From NCBI GenBank assembly GCA_963821525.1, contig CAWGED010000019.1, forward strand, positions 704,001 through 768,000: a stretch of DNA of 64,000 bases. Reading direction: 5' to 3'. This document shows, piece by piece, positions 1 through 9,963 of this stretch. The position numbers and the translations under genes were made by a program. Below the pieces are notes generated by a model. The model was not told the DNA's origin, did no database searches, and saw only the letters and a program-made list of their open reading frames with translations. Position 1 is the first letter of the stretch, and every line of letters begins with the position of its first letter. Origin of the DNA: an uncultured Gemmatimonadales bacterium. GTDB taxonomy: Bacteria > Gemmatimonadota > Gemmatimonadetes > Gemmatimonadales > GWC2-71-9.

Positions 1-1675
1 GGGCGGTGGAGGTGACCCGCCGGGTAATCAGCTCCGCGTGAGCCAGCTCGAGCACTTCGGACAGGAGCTCCCGGATATCCATCGGCTGAAGGTGAGTGTC
101 GCCCCGCTTGAGCAGGGCCCGCAGGCGTCGGATGACCTGGGCGGCGCGTTGGTCCTCGGAGGCGATGTCTGCCAGAATCGCGTCCAGTTCGTCCAGGTCG
201 GCAGGCTGCCGCTTGAGGAGCCGTCTGGCGGCCTCCGCGTTACTGGAGATCGAAGTGAGCGGTTGATTCAGCTCGTGCGCCAGCGCGCCGGAGAGCTGAC
301 CCAATACCGCGACGCGCGCGAGGTGGGAGAGCTCACGCCGCTGCTCCTCAATTTGCATCTGAGCTCTGGCGGCGGGCCGTCACATTCGCCCGCGTCACGA
401 CCACGCCGCCGTCCGGTCGCGCCAGCGCTTCAAGGCTCAAGGCGTAGCGCTCCCGGTGGCCGTCCTGTTCGTCATCGTACTCCATCTCAAAACGGCGACT
501 TTCGTGGTGAAGCACCCCCTGGATACCCGCCAACGTGCGTATCGCCGTCGTATCCCCCCGTTCGGCGGCGAAACGACAGGCCGCCACGTAATCGTCTCCC
601 ACGCCCACCCGGTGGAACCGCTCGACGAGGGCGTTGTCGGCGAAGCGCCGCCAGGAATCGTTGACCTCCAGCACTATCCCGCGGGCGTCGAGGATGGCGA
701 CATGGTCGTGAAGGGATGCCAGTAGCGCGTGATAGAGCTGCACGACCTTGTGGCGCCCGCTGTTCACCGCGGCGATGCAAAGCACCGGAAGCGTCGTCAG
801 CAGCAGAAAGACCTGCAACAGCAGGACGTTGGTATCGGTTGGGGTCGCCATGAAAGGGCCGGTGCCGCGATCGGCGGCCCAGATCGCACCAAACGCCACG
901 AGGGTCAAGGCCAGACTGGCTCCTGCGGGGCCAAAGCGCAGCGCGGCCCAGATCAACACTGGCAGCGGGGAGTAAAGCGGCAGAGCGACGTGCCAGGGGT
1001 GACGGTCGCGCCACAGGAGCGCCACGGCACAGGTCACGACGAGTGCCACCGTCAGCAGGATGGCCTCGAGGATCCGTCGGCCGTTCGATCCGACGAGACC
1101 ACAGGCTCGGGGCGCCGGCAATGGTGAGCACCAGTGCCGGCAGAAGGGTCAGGCCGGTGAGCGCGTTCGACATGAACCAACCGCGCCAGGGATCCCAGTA
1201 CGTCGTGGCCCCTCCATGCAGCACCACGTCCGCCGCCCCGAGCGTCGCCCCCACCGCCGGCGCGATGATCACCGCGCCGAGGACGAAGAGACCCAGCGCC
1301 CGAACGCTTTCCAGCCGGGGCGGGCCGCCGAACGCCCAATGCAGCAACAGGGCAGCGGTGAGGGCACGCGCGATATTGGCAACATCGGCCAGCACCACCC
1401 ACGTGAGGCTCCACTGGGGCCAGTGGGTGATGAAGTGCGCGATGGCACCGACGAGGATGTACCAGACCCAATCGCGCCGGGCCGAGAGGATGAGAGCCGC
1501 CAGTGAGGATGGCGTAGGGTGGGAACATGACGGCAGCGCCCACTTCCGGGTACTGCAAGAGGGCGCCCGCGGCATTGCCGAGCAGGATGGCCGGCGCGAA
1601 CAACAGGAGACCAGGCGCAAGGGGGATGATCCCTGCGTCGGCCTTGGGAGCATAGCCGGGCCGTGGTTCGCTCAT
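1..1675 (-). CDS. MASE1-domain membrane sensor histidine kinase with PAS-like domain (frameshifted; runs off the window start)
   Basis: Stitched from ORFs 1052..1726, 487..1653 and 348..1121: multi-TM MASE1-like region (GAVIIAPAVGATLGA, WAALRFG), PAS-like ASLHDHVAILDARGIVLEVNDSW, then minus-strand HisKA box (LSGALAHELNQPL) near 250-330. Confidence 0.8.
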
Positions 1676-1888
1676 GAAGGTGCCGCTTGTTCCAGGGGAG
1701 CACGGAGCCGTCGGTGCTCCGACCAACTCCGCACTGAATATGACTGAACACTACGCTACCGGCTACCGCCTCTTGTCACGAGGTGCTGTCGGCAGGTTCA
1801 GCCACGGCGCCGGTCAGCCAGTTCAAGACGTAACGCGCCGTCGTGCAGACCATGGATGCCGTTCCTAACGACTATACATTTAGAGAGA

Positions 1889-2713
1889 ATGCCTGAACTG
1901 CCCGAAGTCGAAACCATCGTCCAGGATATTCGGCCGGACCTGGTTGGCCGGACCATCCGGCGAGCCTCTCTGTCCCACGTCGATGTGTTGCGGGGAGTCA
2001 CTCGACCAAAGCTGCTCGCGGCCCTGAAGGGGGCCGCCATTCGCAGCGTGACCCGGCGAGCGAAGCACGCCGTCATCGCGCTCGGAGAGCGGCGTCTGGT
2101 GATCCAGCCGGGGATGACCGGATCGCTCACCGTTCGAAGAGATCCACTGAGCCGGGACGAGGCGAAATACGCCGTTCTCCGGGCTCCGCTCGATTCCGGT
2201 CGCGAACTGGTCTACCAGGATGTACGGCGACTCGGCACCCTGTTGCTCCTCAACGAGCGGCAATGGGCGGCATACGACGCCGCCATCGGGCCCGAGCCGC
2301 TGGAGCCGGGTTTCACGGCCGGGGCATTTCAGGCCTCACTCAAACGCACCCGGCAGGCCATCAAGAAGGCGCTGATGGACCAGAAGCTCATCGCCGGCGT
2401 GGGAAACATCTACGCGAACGAGGCGCTCTTCGCGGCGGGCATTGATCCGTCCCGCTCCGCGTCGTCGTTAAGCAAGGATGAATATGGCCGGCTCTTCGTC
2501 GAGCTCCGGCGCATCCTGAGCGCCGCCATCGAGGCCGAGGGCACAACGTTTCGGGACTATCGCACCGGCACCGGTGAACCCGGGAATTTCCAGCTCGAGT
2601 TGCTGGTCTACGGCCGGGAAGGTGAACCCTGCCGTCGCTGCGGGACGCGACTGGTGGGGACGCACACGATTGATGCGCGGATTACCGTGTTCTGCTATAG
2701 GTGTCAGCGGTGA
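1889..2713 (+). CDS. mutM: Formamidopyrimidine-DNA glycosylase / AP lyase
   Basis: N-terminal MPELPEVE, H2TH motif GVGNIYANEALF, C-terminal zinc finger CRRC...CYRCQ. Confidence 0.96.
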   Translation: MPELPEVETIVQDIRPDLVGRTIRRASLSHVDVLRGVTRPKLLAALKGAAIRSVTRRAKHAVIALGERRLVIQPGMTGSLTVRRDPLSRDEAKYAVLRAPLDSGRELVYQDVRRLGTLLLLNERQWAAYDAAIGPEPLEPGFTAGAFQASLKRTRQAIKKALMDQKLIAGVGNIYANEALFAAGIDPSRSASSLSKDEYGRLFVELRRILSAAIEAEGTTFRDYRTGTGEPGNFQLELLVYGREGEPCRRCGTRLVGTHTIDARITVFCYRCQR

Positions 2714-2716
2714 AAT

Positions 2717-2861
2717 AGGCAGGGAGTAGGTTGTAGGGTGGTGGGGAGTGGGGCGTGTACCTGTCGCTCGACTTGTGACCACAGGCTCCAGACTCCAGAC
2801 TCCAGACTCCGACTCCCTACTCCCTACTCCCTACTCCCTACTCCCCACTCACCCACAACCT
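2717..2861. repeat. Inverted short-tandem-repeat element A (units GGGAGTA/CTCCCTA and CTCCAGA)
   Basis: G-rich arm 2717-2753, unique spacer, C-rich arm 2786-2861 with (ctccaga)3 and (ctcccta)4. Confidence 0.85.
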
Positions 2862-3955
2862 GTGACCCGTTCACCCACGCTCGCCCTTCCAACCACCGAC
2901 CTCGTTCGGCTCAAGGAACGGGTGCGTCGATTGGCGGAGGATCGGCCCGGGGTCTATCGGATGCTCGACCCGCGCGGCCGGGTGATCTACGTGGGCAAAG
3001 CGAAGCAGGTCCGGACTCGGCTGCTCTCCTATTTCCGGGCCGACCATCCTGACGAGAAGGCCGCGCGCATTCTCCACGCCGCCGCCGACATCGCCTGGGA
3101 TTATGTGCCGAGCGAGTTCGCGGCCTATCTGGGCGAGCTGCGGCAGATCGTTCGCCACCGGCCGATGTTCAACCAGCGGATGAACCGGACGCGAAAGACC
3201 TTGTTCATCCGAGTCCAGGGAGGTTCCGCGCCCAAGGTGTCGGCAGGAGGTCCTCTGGATGAGAGTGCCCGGTGCTACGGCCCATTCATCAGCGCGGAAC
3301 GGGTGCGGGATGCCGTCCGGGGCATCAATGACCTTCTCGGTCTCCGGGACTGCGCGCCGAACATGCCCATGGTCTTCGCCGGGCAGACCGATCTGTTCGA
3401 CGTGGAAAGGCGCGCCGCCTGCATGCGTCACGATTTCGGCTTCTGCACCGGTCCATGCGCCGGCTTCGTGACCGAGAGGGAATATCTCCGTCGGGTGGAC
3501 ACGGCCGTCGCCTTCCTCGAGGGGCGTACCATCCAGCCGCTCGACCGGGTGATCAACGAGATGCAGCAGGCGGCCGATGCCGGCGAGTTCGAGCGCGCGA
3601 CAGTGTGGCGGGAGCGATTCGAGCGGCTGGAATGGCTGCTGGCGGCGATCGCGCGAGCACGTACCGCGGTAGATGGGCTGAGCTTTGTCTATCGCGATCC
3701 GGGACTCAAGGGAGACGATCGCGCCTACCTGATCCGCCAAGGGCGTAGTGCTCGCGTCGTATCCTTTTCCCTCAACACCGATAGAGCAGGAAGCCTTCCG
3801 CGCGGTGGTGAAGGATGCGTTGTCCAGCTCCGGCGCCCTCTGCCGGTCCCCTGCCCTCATGCCACCTGGATGAGATCCTGCTCGTGATGTCGTGGTTCCG
3901 TCGCCATCCGCAGGCGTTCCGCCGTACCACGCCCCTCAATTCCTGGGTGGCCTGA
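2862..3955 (+). CDS. UvrC/Cho-like GIY-YIG nuclease with Cys-rich and UVR domains (frameshifts near the 3' end)
   Basis: PGVYRM...VIYVGKAKQVRTRLLSYF, Cys cluster CMRHDFGFCTGPC, UVR-like EMQQAADAGEFERATVWRE; the C-terminus continues in other frames to TGA 3955. Confidence 0.85.
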
Positions 3956-6131
3956 ATGCGTGGCCGGCTGCTGCTCGCGGCCCTTGCCGGCATCCCCTTC
4001 GTGCTCGGCGCGCAGGAAGCACCCGAGCGGGCAGCGCTCCAGCGCCTCCAGGATTCCCTTGCCTCGGTTCGTGATACCCTCGCTCTCCGCCGCCTCGACC
4101 GCTGGCTGGAGGCTGGCGCAGGGGGAACCGTTCGAGGGGGAGGACTCCTCCTCAGGCGCAGCCTCGTCCGAATCAGGATGGGTCAGCTCGGCGATGGCTG
4201 GAATCTCGGCGCCGCCCAACGACTCGCCCGCCAGGCGACAAAATCGCAGCCCGATTGGCCCGCGGCCTGGTACCTGAGCGGTCTCGCCTCCCAGGAGATG
4301 GGGCGTTGGCGCGCCGAGACAGGATCCAATCTCGGAACCCGAGTGGGATTCAGCGCCCTCGAGGGACGCGGCCCGGCAATACCTCCAGGCACTCGCGATC
4401 GATCCTGGGTACCTCCCCGCGCTGCGCGCCTTGAACGAGGTCGCCTCCGTCCTCGAGGACACGACCCTGATCCGCTCGACGGTACTGCCCGCGCTCCGCC
4501 GCGCTGGAGCGACGGATACCGGAAACGACGCCGTCATCCTGCTTGCGCGAGGCCGGTACGAGCGGCTGATGGGAGACGCCGATTCTTCTCTGCCGCGCTG
4601 CGGGTGTACGCCGAGCCTGGAGAAGAGAAACGGCGCGGCATTACATGAGCTGGCATGGAGTGCGGCCCTGGCCGGAGACAGCAACGCCGTGCGGGTCTAC
4701 TACGAGGGCGCTTCCTCCGACGACTCGGCCGCGGTTGTGGCCTACCGTTCGGACCTTGAGCTGCTGGCCGACGACAGTACACTCGCAGCCTTCGACTCGA
4801 CGAACGGAGAAGCGCGCACCGAATTCCTCCGTCGCTTCTGGACTCTGCGCGACCGCCGGGACCTCCGCACCGAAGGCCAGCGTCTGCTGGAGCACTTCCG
4901 CCGTCGCACCTACGCCGAGCGCCATTTCGCATTGCTCACCAATCGGCGATTGAGCTCCATCGACGATATCTACCGGTCAGCGGGTCTGCCTTTCGACGAC
5001 CGCGGCATGGTCTACCTGCGCCAAGGAGAGCCCGACGAAATCATCCATCCCGTTCTTGCCGGGATGATGCCTAACGAGACATGGGTCTATCGCCGCGGCG
5101 AAGGAGACCTGCTGCTCCACTTCAAGGGCGGCGGCGCCTACACGGTCGGCGGGGATATCCAGGACTACCGCCTGGTGAGGAGCATCTTCGAATTGGGCGC
5201 CGGGTCCGATGCGCAGATCGAAATGCTGCTGGCCTCTCGGGCCGACCTCCTGGATGTCTACGCCAAGTTCCTCAACTGGGGCCAGTACGCCCGAGCTCGC
5301 GCGGCGGACCGGGAGCAGGAGATCGTGGAGGGCAGCATCGAGGTGGCGACAGTTACCGATGCCAACGTGCGGCATTATCGGAGGAGCATCGCGTCAGAGG
5401 CCGACGCCGTGGCGATGGGTGAACTCGACGGGTCTCCGCTGGTACACCTCGTGCATCGCCGTTCCGCTGGAAGACGAGCAGCGTAGATGCGGACCAGGTT
5501 CGGTTGCCCGTCAGGATTCGGGTGGGCTTCTACGATGCGTCGGGCGTTCCCGGTCCGGCCTTCGATCGCGACACGGTGCTCAAGGTGCGGAGGACGGAGG
5601 ACGGTCTCGAAGCCCAGGGCCACCTGGAGTTCGCACTCCCGCCCGGCGCGTGGCTGTACCGAGTCAGTGTCGAAACCAGCGACTCGACCGGGAGGATTCT
5701 GCCGGAGGATTCCGTTCGAGTCGAGCCGGTCAGCGGATCTCCGCTCTCGTTGAGCGGCATCGCCCTGGGGACCCGGTCGAAGGGAGTGGAATGGGTTTCG
5801 GCGCCGGGAGATACCGCGGTCTTCAACCCCCGTGCGACATTCGATCCCGCGGATCAAGTCGAGCTGTATTTCGAGGCGTACGGCCTGGAGACCACGCAGC
5901 CGGTTCGGACCGAAGTCCGGATCGCTCAAGGCAAGCGCGATGCACTGCGATTGAGTTACGAGCAACCGGTCTCCGGCACCCCACTCCGAGTTCGTCGCTC
6001 CCTCGACATCGCGAATGTGAAGCCGGGTAGGTACCGGCTCGAGGTGCGAGTGAGTGACACAGAGCGGAGAGGAAGCGACGACTGCGAGGGAAATCGAAGT
6101 GAAGCGACGGACGGCGCGAGACTCGAAGTAG
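3956..6131 (+). CDS. GWxTD-domain exported protein with TPR-like N-terminus (several frameshifts)
   Basis: Signal peptide; RTEFLRRFWTLRD...EHFRRRTYAERHF...DDRGMVYLRQGEPD...ETWVY; beta-rich C-terminus with PGRYRLEVRV; stitched from ORFs 3956, 4431 and 5504. Confidence 0.75.
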
Positions 6132-6133
6132 TC

Positions 6134-6775
6134 TCAGGGCCCGCCCTCGAGTCGAACCGGCGCCCACCAGTCAGGACGCCGCTCGAGCATGGTGGGTTGA
6201 ACAGCACCGGCCGCCTGAGGCCAGATGTACCAACCCTGCGGTGAGTCGTCGAAGACTCGGAATGCCATTCGAGGCAAGTCTCCCGCCTTCGCCTCGCGGA
6301 AATACGCCTGATCCAGCTTGAGTTCGAGCGACCACCCGGTCGGACGATTCTCCGTCCGAACTTCCCACCCGCCACCTTCCCGATCCTTTCCCAGTCGCCA
6401 ATCCGGATCATCCCTCGGCGGCTGCCATTTTCCGTTCTTTCCTCGGAAGACGACACTGCTATCGATCATGCGGCGGAAATACCACTGGAAGTCGTCGTGG
6501 TCCGGAGCTGGCGAGGCGTCGCCCTGGGTGTCCATGCTGATGACGAGATCATCCCCCCAGTAATAGGTCGAGTCCTCGATTTCCGCAGCGAGGTACACAC
6601 TTTCCTCCCACCGGGCGAGCCAGAGACGTACGACGCCTCCCGGACGCTGGATCAGGCAGGATGGGGTTCCCCACTCTCCTGCTGTCGCACGACCGTCGAA
6701 GACCGGAGCGGTACTCGCGGTGGTCACCCGGAGCGTATCGGCAACGAGACCCAGAACCAGCAGCGCGGGGATCAT
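6134..6775 (-). CDS. Exported protein, CBM9/DOMON-like sugar-binding fold
   Basis: Signal peptide, APVFDGRATAGEW, YLAAEIED, DDLVISMD, GWSLELKL motifs. Confidence 0.55.
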   Translation of the reverse strand: MIPALLVLGLVADTLRVTTASTAPVFDGRATAGEWGTPSCLIQRPGGVVRLWLARWEESVYLAAEIEDSTYYWGDDLVISMDTQGDASPAPDHDDFQWYFRRMIDSSVVFRGKNGKWQPPRDDPDWRLGKDREGGGWEVRTENRPTGWSLELKLDQAYFREAKAGDLPRMAFRVFDDSPQGWYIWPQAAGAVQPTMLERRPDWWAPVRLEGGP

Positions 6776-6781
6776 CCGATT

Positions 6782-7273
6782 TCAGTCTTCGTCCAGGCCG
6801 AGTAAAGGCACGAGACGCGCGCGCGGCGGGAGGCCGGCCTCGAGCTCCATGATGCCGACAGTCGGAGGGAGATTGAACCGCCGCCGGCCGGCGCCTCCCG
6901 GGTTCATCACGGTGACGACCACATCGAGTGTTACCAGGAGCGGCTTGTGGGTGTGGCCGAAGACGATCACTTCGGCCTCGGGGTAGGCCTCGTACAGCAA
7001 TTCCGGAGTGGGAGAGCCGAACTGATCTCCGTGGGTAACCACGAAGTCGAGCCCTTCTATCCTGGCCTGGACCACGTCCGGTAATCGGCTCCGAAGCTCG
7101 GATCCGTCAGTGTTGCCGTAGACCGCGGTGACCGGCGCAATCGCCTCGAGCTCATCAAGGAGTGCCGCCGGACCGATGTCCCCCGCGTGAAGAATATGGT
7201 CAACCTCGCGGAAGACCTCGAAGACCTCGGGCCGGAGAAGCCCATGAGTATCAGAGATGATGCCGAGGCGCAT
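6782..7273 (-). CDS. YfcE/MJ0936-family metallophosphoesterase
   Basis: ISDTHG, HAGD, GNTD, FGHTH and NPG motifs. Confidence 0.92.
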   Translation of the reverse strand: MRLGIISDTHGLLRPEVFEVFREVDHILHAGDIGPAALLDELEAIAPVTAVYGNTDGSELRSRLPDVVQARIEGLDFVVTHGDQFGSPTPELLYEAYPEAEVIVFGHTHKPLLVTLDVVVTVMNPGGAGRRRFNLPPTVGIMELEAGLPPRARLVPLLGLDED

Positions 7274-7280
7274 CGTGGGG

Positions 7281-7383
7281 ATTGAAGATTCGAAAGATTT
7301 AAGATTTCAAATTGAACAGCCTCTAGGTCGCATATCCCTTCTGATGCGCCCAAATCTTCAATCTGAAATCTTAAATCTTCAAT
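7281..7383. repeat. Inverted short-tandem-repeat element B (AT-rich unit TTGAAGA/TTTAAGA)
   Basis: aagatttaagatttca (7294-7309) is the exact reverse complement of tgaaatcttaaatctt (7364-7379); about 35 nt spacer. Confidence 0.88.
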
Positions 7384-7963
7384 TCTCTCCCTTCCAACTT
7401 TTCCCAACGTCCACCTCCACCCCCAGCTGATCGATGACTCGCTGCACCACAAAATCCACCAGCTCGCCGATCTGGGTCGGGCGGTGATAGAAGCCGGGTG
7501 CCGCGGGGATTACGACGGCGCCGGCTTCGGTGACCGAGACGAGGTTGCGGAGATGAATCAGGGAGAGAGGAGTCTCCCGGGGGACCAGGATCAGCTTGCG
7601 CCGTTCCTTGAGCACCACGTCCGCGGCACGCTCGACCAGTGAACGGCTGGTGCCGCCCGCGATCGCCGCCACGGTGCCCATCGAACAGGGACAGATGACC
7701 ATCCCGGCGGTCTTGACCGAGCCCGATGCCGGTTTGGCGCCGCGATCGTCGTCGGGGTAGACCGTGACACTGGACCAGTCTCCTCCCGTTACCGCGCGGA
7801 GCCCCGCCTCATCGTTGATGCCGCACTCGGCGTGGAGCAGCCTCCACCCATGACTGGTTACGATCAGCCAGACGGGGAGTCGGTGACGCGCCAGAAGCTC
7901 CAGCAACCGCACGGCGTATGGCGCCCCCGAGGCACCGGTGATCGCGAGGACGATCGGCAGCAC
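7379..7963 (-). CDS. ubiX: Flavin prenyltransferase UbiX
   Basis: AITGASGAPY, ASGS, PCSMGT, RAADVVLKERRKLILVPRETP, PGFYHRP. Confidence 0.95.
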   Translation of the reverse strand: MLPIVLAITGASGAPYAVRLLELLARHRLPVWLIVTSHGWRLLHAECGINDEAGLRAVTGGDWSSVTVYPDDDRGAKPASGSVKTAGMVICPCSMGTVAAIAGGTSRSLVERAADVVLKERRKLILVPRETPLSLIHLRNLVSVTEAGAVVIPAAPGFYHRPTQIGELVDFVVQRVIDQLGVEVDVGKSWKGEN

Positions 7964-8163
7964 AGCTCAGCGTCCGCGGCGATTTGCCGTAGGGTTCCTC
8001 ACCGGGTGGCTTGGCGGGGGTGGCGGGGGTAGCTGGTCGCCGGGGAGCGACTCCTTAGTTCCTCGCTTGCCCTTCTGCGGATTGGGAGTCGTCCGCCTCC
8101 AGAATATGGGACTCCTGTTCTGTCTTCTTTCTTCGCCTGCTCATGGCTCTCCTCTCAGAGTGT

Positions 8164-9096
8164 TCATACCAGCCTGTCCACCAACGCGAATCCAAACACC
8201 GTGAGGCTCATGATGCCGTTCATCGTGAAGAAGGCGGCATCGAGCCGCGACAAATCGCCGGGCCTTACCAGCCGGTGCTCGTACGCCAGAATCAACGCCG
8301 CTGCACCCACACCGACATAGAACCAGGCGCCGAACCCCGCCCCCAGCCCGAACAGCACCAGGGCGGGAATGGTGATCCCGTGCAAGAGCTTCGCGAAGAG
8401 AATACTTCGCTTTTCACCGAGTCGCACGACCGCGCTGCGGAGTCCTTCACCCTTGTCGAACGCCTGATCAGGCAACGCGTAGAAGATGTCGAACCCAGCG
8501 ACCCAGGTGGCGACCGCGAGACTGACCGCGATCAAGGTCCACCAGGGGCTGCTCCAGGCCCCGGTGATCGCCAGATATCCTCCCACCGGAGCAATTGCCA
8601 GACTCATTCCCAGCCACAGGTGTGGCCACCAGGTGAATCTCTTGCTCAGGCTGTACAGCATGACCCAGCCGAGTGCGAGCGGGCTCAGGTAGAGACAGAG
8701 ACGGTTGAGACCGGCTGCAGAAGCGACGAAGAGCGCGGCAGCGATGACGACGGAGACCCAGGCCTGAGCAACACTCAGCGCCCCGCGGGGAAGCTCCCGG
8801 TTTTGAGTCCGCGGATTTCGCGCGTCGAACTCCCGGTCCACGATCCGATTGAAGGCCATCGCCACCCAGCGCGCCGCCGAGAACGCAATGACCACGAGGC
8901 CTACCTGCCGCCAGGTGACGCCACGCTGAAACGATGCTTCGAGAACACCGAGCAGGGCGAAGGGGAGCGCGAAGAGGGTGTGGGGCAGCTTGACCAGGTT
9001 GGCATAGCGAACCAGCAGGGACTCGCCGGCGAAGGTCTGGCCTTCCCGCCCGACCGGCAGTCGATGGTCAATAGTCGATGGTCGATGGTCTTTCAT
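8164..9096 (-). CDS. UbiA-family prenyltransferase (MqnP-like, menaquinone); start uncertain
   Basis: KLPHTLFALPFA, AMAFNRIVDREFDARNPRTQNRELP, GFDIFYALPD; the ORF extends upstream into repeat element C. Confidence 0.9.
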   Translation of the reverse strand: MKDHRPSTIDHRLPVGREGQTFAGESLLVRYANLVKLPHTLFALPFALLGVLEASFQRGVTWRQVGLVVIAFSAARWVAMAFNRIVDREFDARNPRTQNRELPRGALSVAQAWVSVVIAAALFVASAAGLNRLCLYLSPLALGWVMLYSLSKRFTWWPHLWLGMSLAIAPVGGYLAITGAWSSPWWTLIAVSLAVATWVAGFDIFYALPDQAFDKGEGLRSAVVRLGEKRSILFAKLLHGITIPALVLFGLGAGFGAWFYVGVGAAALILAYEHRLVRPGDLSRLDAAFFTMNGIMSLTVFGFALVDRLV

Positions 9097-9180
9097 CGCG
9101 ATGCCGACCTGCGCTCCTGTTTCCGGATCAAGGGACCATCGACCATTGACCACCGACCATTGACGATCGACCACCGACCG
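9060..9180. repeat. Inverted short-tandem-repeat element C (unit GTCGATG/GACCATC)
   Basis: Left arm 9060-9090 gtcgatggtcaatagtcgatggtcgatggtc; right arm 9134-9180 gaccatcgaccattgaccaccgaccattgacgatcgaccaccgacc. Confidence 0.88.
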
Positions 9181-9181
9181 C

Positions 9182-9910
9182 TCATTTCCGGGTTCCGACG
9201 TGAATCGCGGCGATGCCGCCCAGGACGAGGCGGTAGTTCACGTCGCAGAATCCCTGAGTCGCAATTCGGGCTGAAAGCTCATCCGGTCCTGGAAACGCGA
9301 GCACCGAATCAGGCAGATAGGTATACGCGTCGCGATGTCGTGAGATGAGCCGGCCGATCAGCGGAAGCACTCGCCTGAAATAGAAGAAGTACAAGGAACG
9401 CATCGGTTCTCGCGGCGGGGTCGTGAATTCCAGGATCACGAACCTTGCACCCTTCTTGAGCACCCGCGCCGCCTCCGCCAGGCCCTGGTCCAGATCTGCC
9501 AGGTTGCGCACACCGAATCCGACGGTCGCTCCGTCAAACACCCCGCTATTGAATGGAAGCTCCAGGGCATCGGCGTTGAGAGGCAGGACCCGGTCGGATT
9601 TCTCGCGACCCAGCTGGAGCATGGGGAGGACGAAGTCCGCCCCGATCACCCGGCCGTCAAATCCCCGTTGACCGCCGAGGGCCGCCGCCAGGTCCAGAGT
9701 CCCCGCGCACAAATCGAGGAACAAGCCCTTGGGTGCCCGTCGCCAGTCCAGCCTCGCCACGGCTTGTCGCCGCCAGGTGGTATCCACGTTGAGACTGAGC
9801 AAGTGATTGAGAAAGTCGTAGCGGGGGGCGATGGAAGTGAACATCGCGCGGACGTACGACCGCTTCTCAGCGCCGGGCTGGAGGGGTAACTTACTATCTG
9901 TGGCTAACAT
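9182..9910 (-). CDS. menG: Ubiquinone/menaquinone C-methyltransferase UbiE/MenG
   Basis: MFTSIAPRYDFLNHLLS, LDLCAGTLD, GFGVRN, AYTYLPDS. Confidence 0.92.
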   Translation of the reverse strand: MLATDSKLPLQPGAEKRSYVRAMFTSIAPRYDFLNHLLSLNVDTTWRRQAVARLDWRRAPKGLFLDLCAGTLDLAAALGGQRGFDGRVIGADFVLPMLQLGREKSDRVLPLNADALELPFNSGVFDGATVGFGVRNLADLDQGLAEAARVLKKGARFVILEFTTPPREPMRSLYFFYFRRVLPLIGRLISRHRDAYTYLPDSVLAFPGPDELSARIATQGFCDVNYRLVLGGIAAIHVGTRK

Positions 9911-9963
9911 AGGCGCGCAATGTAGTCCCCGGCGAACCGGCTCCGCAAGCCGACGGCTGGCCC

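Noticed and set aside
2738..3052. ORFs and N-terminal extensions reading through repeat arms (PTPYSLLPT, STIDHRP, IPPFRHSA, RIEDLRFQI)
   Set aside because: These are translations of the tandem repeats; the conserved domains start downstream.
8143..9348. Long antisense ORFs (also 23555..25003, 29815..31326, 34751..36127, 58072..59460)
   Set aside because: They are shadows of real genes on the opposite strand, typical of high-GC DNA, and have no motifs.
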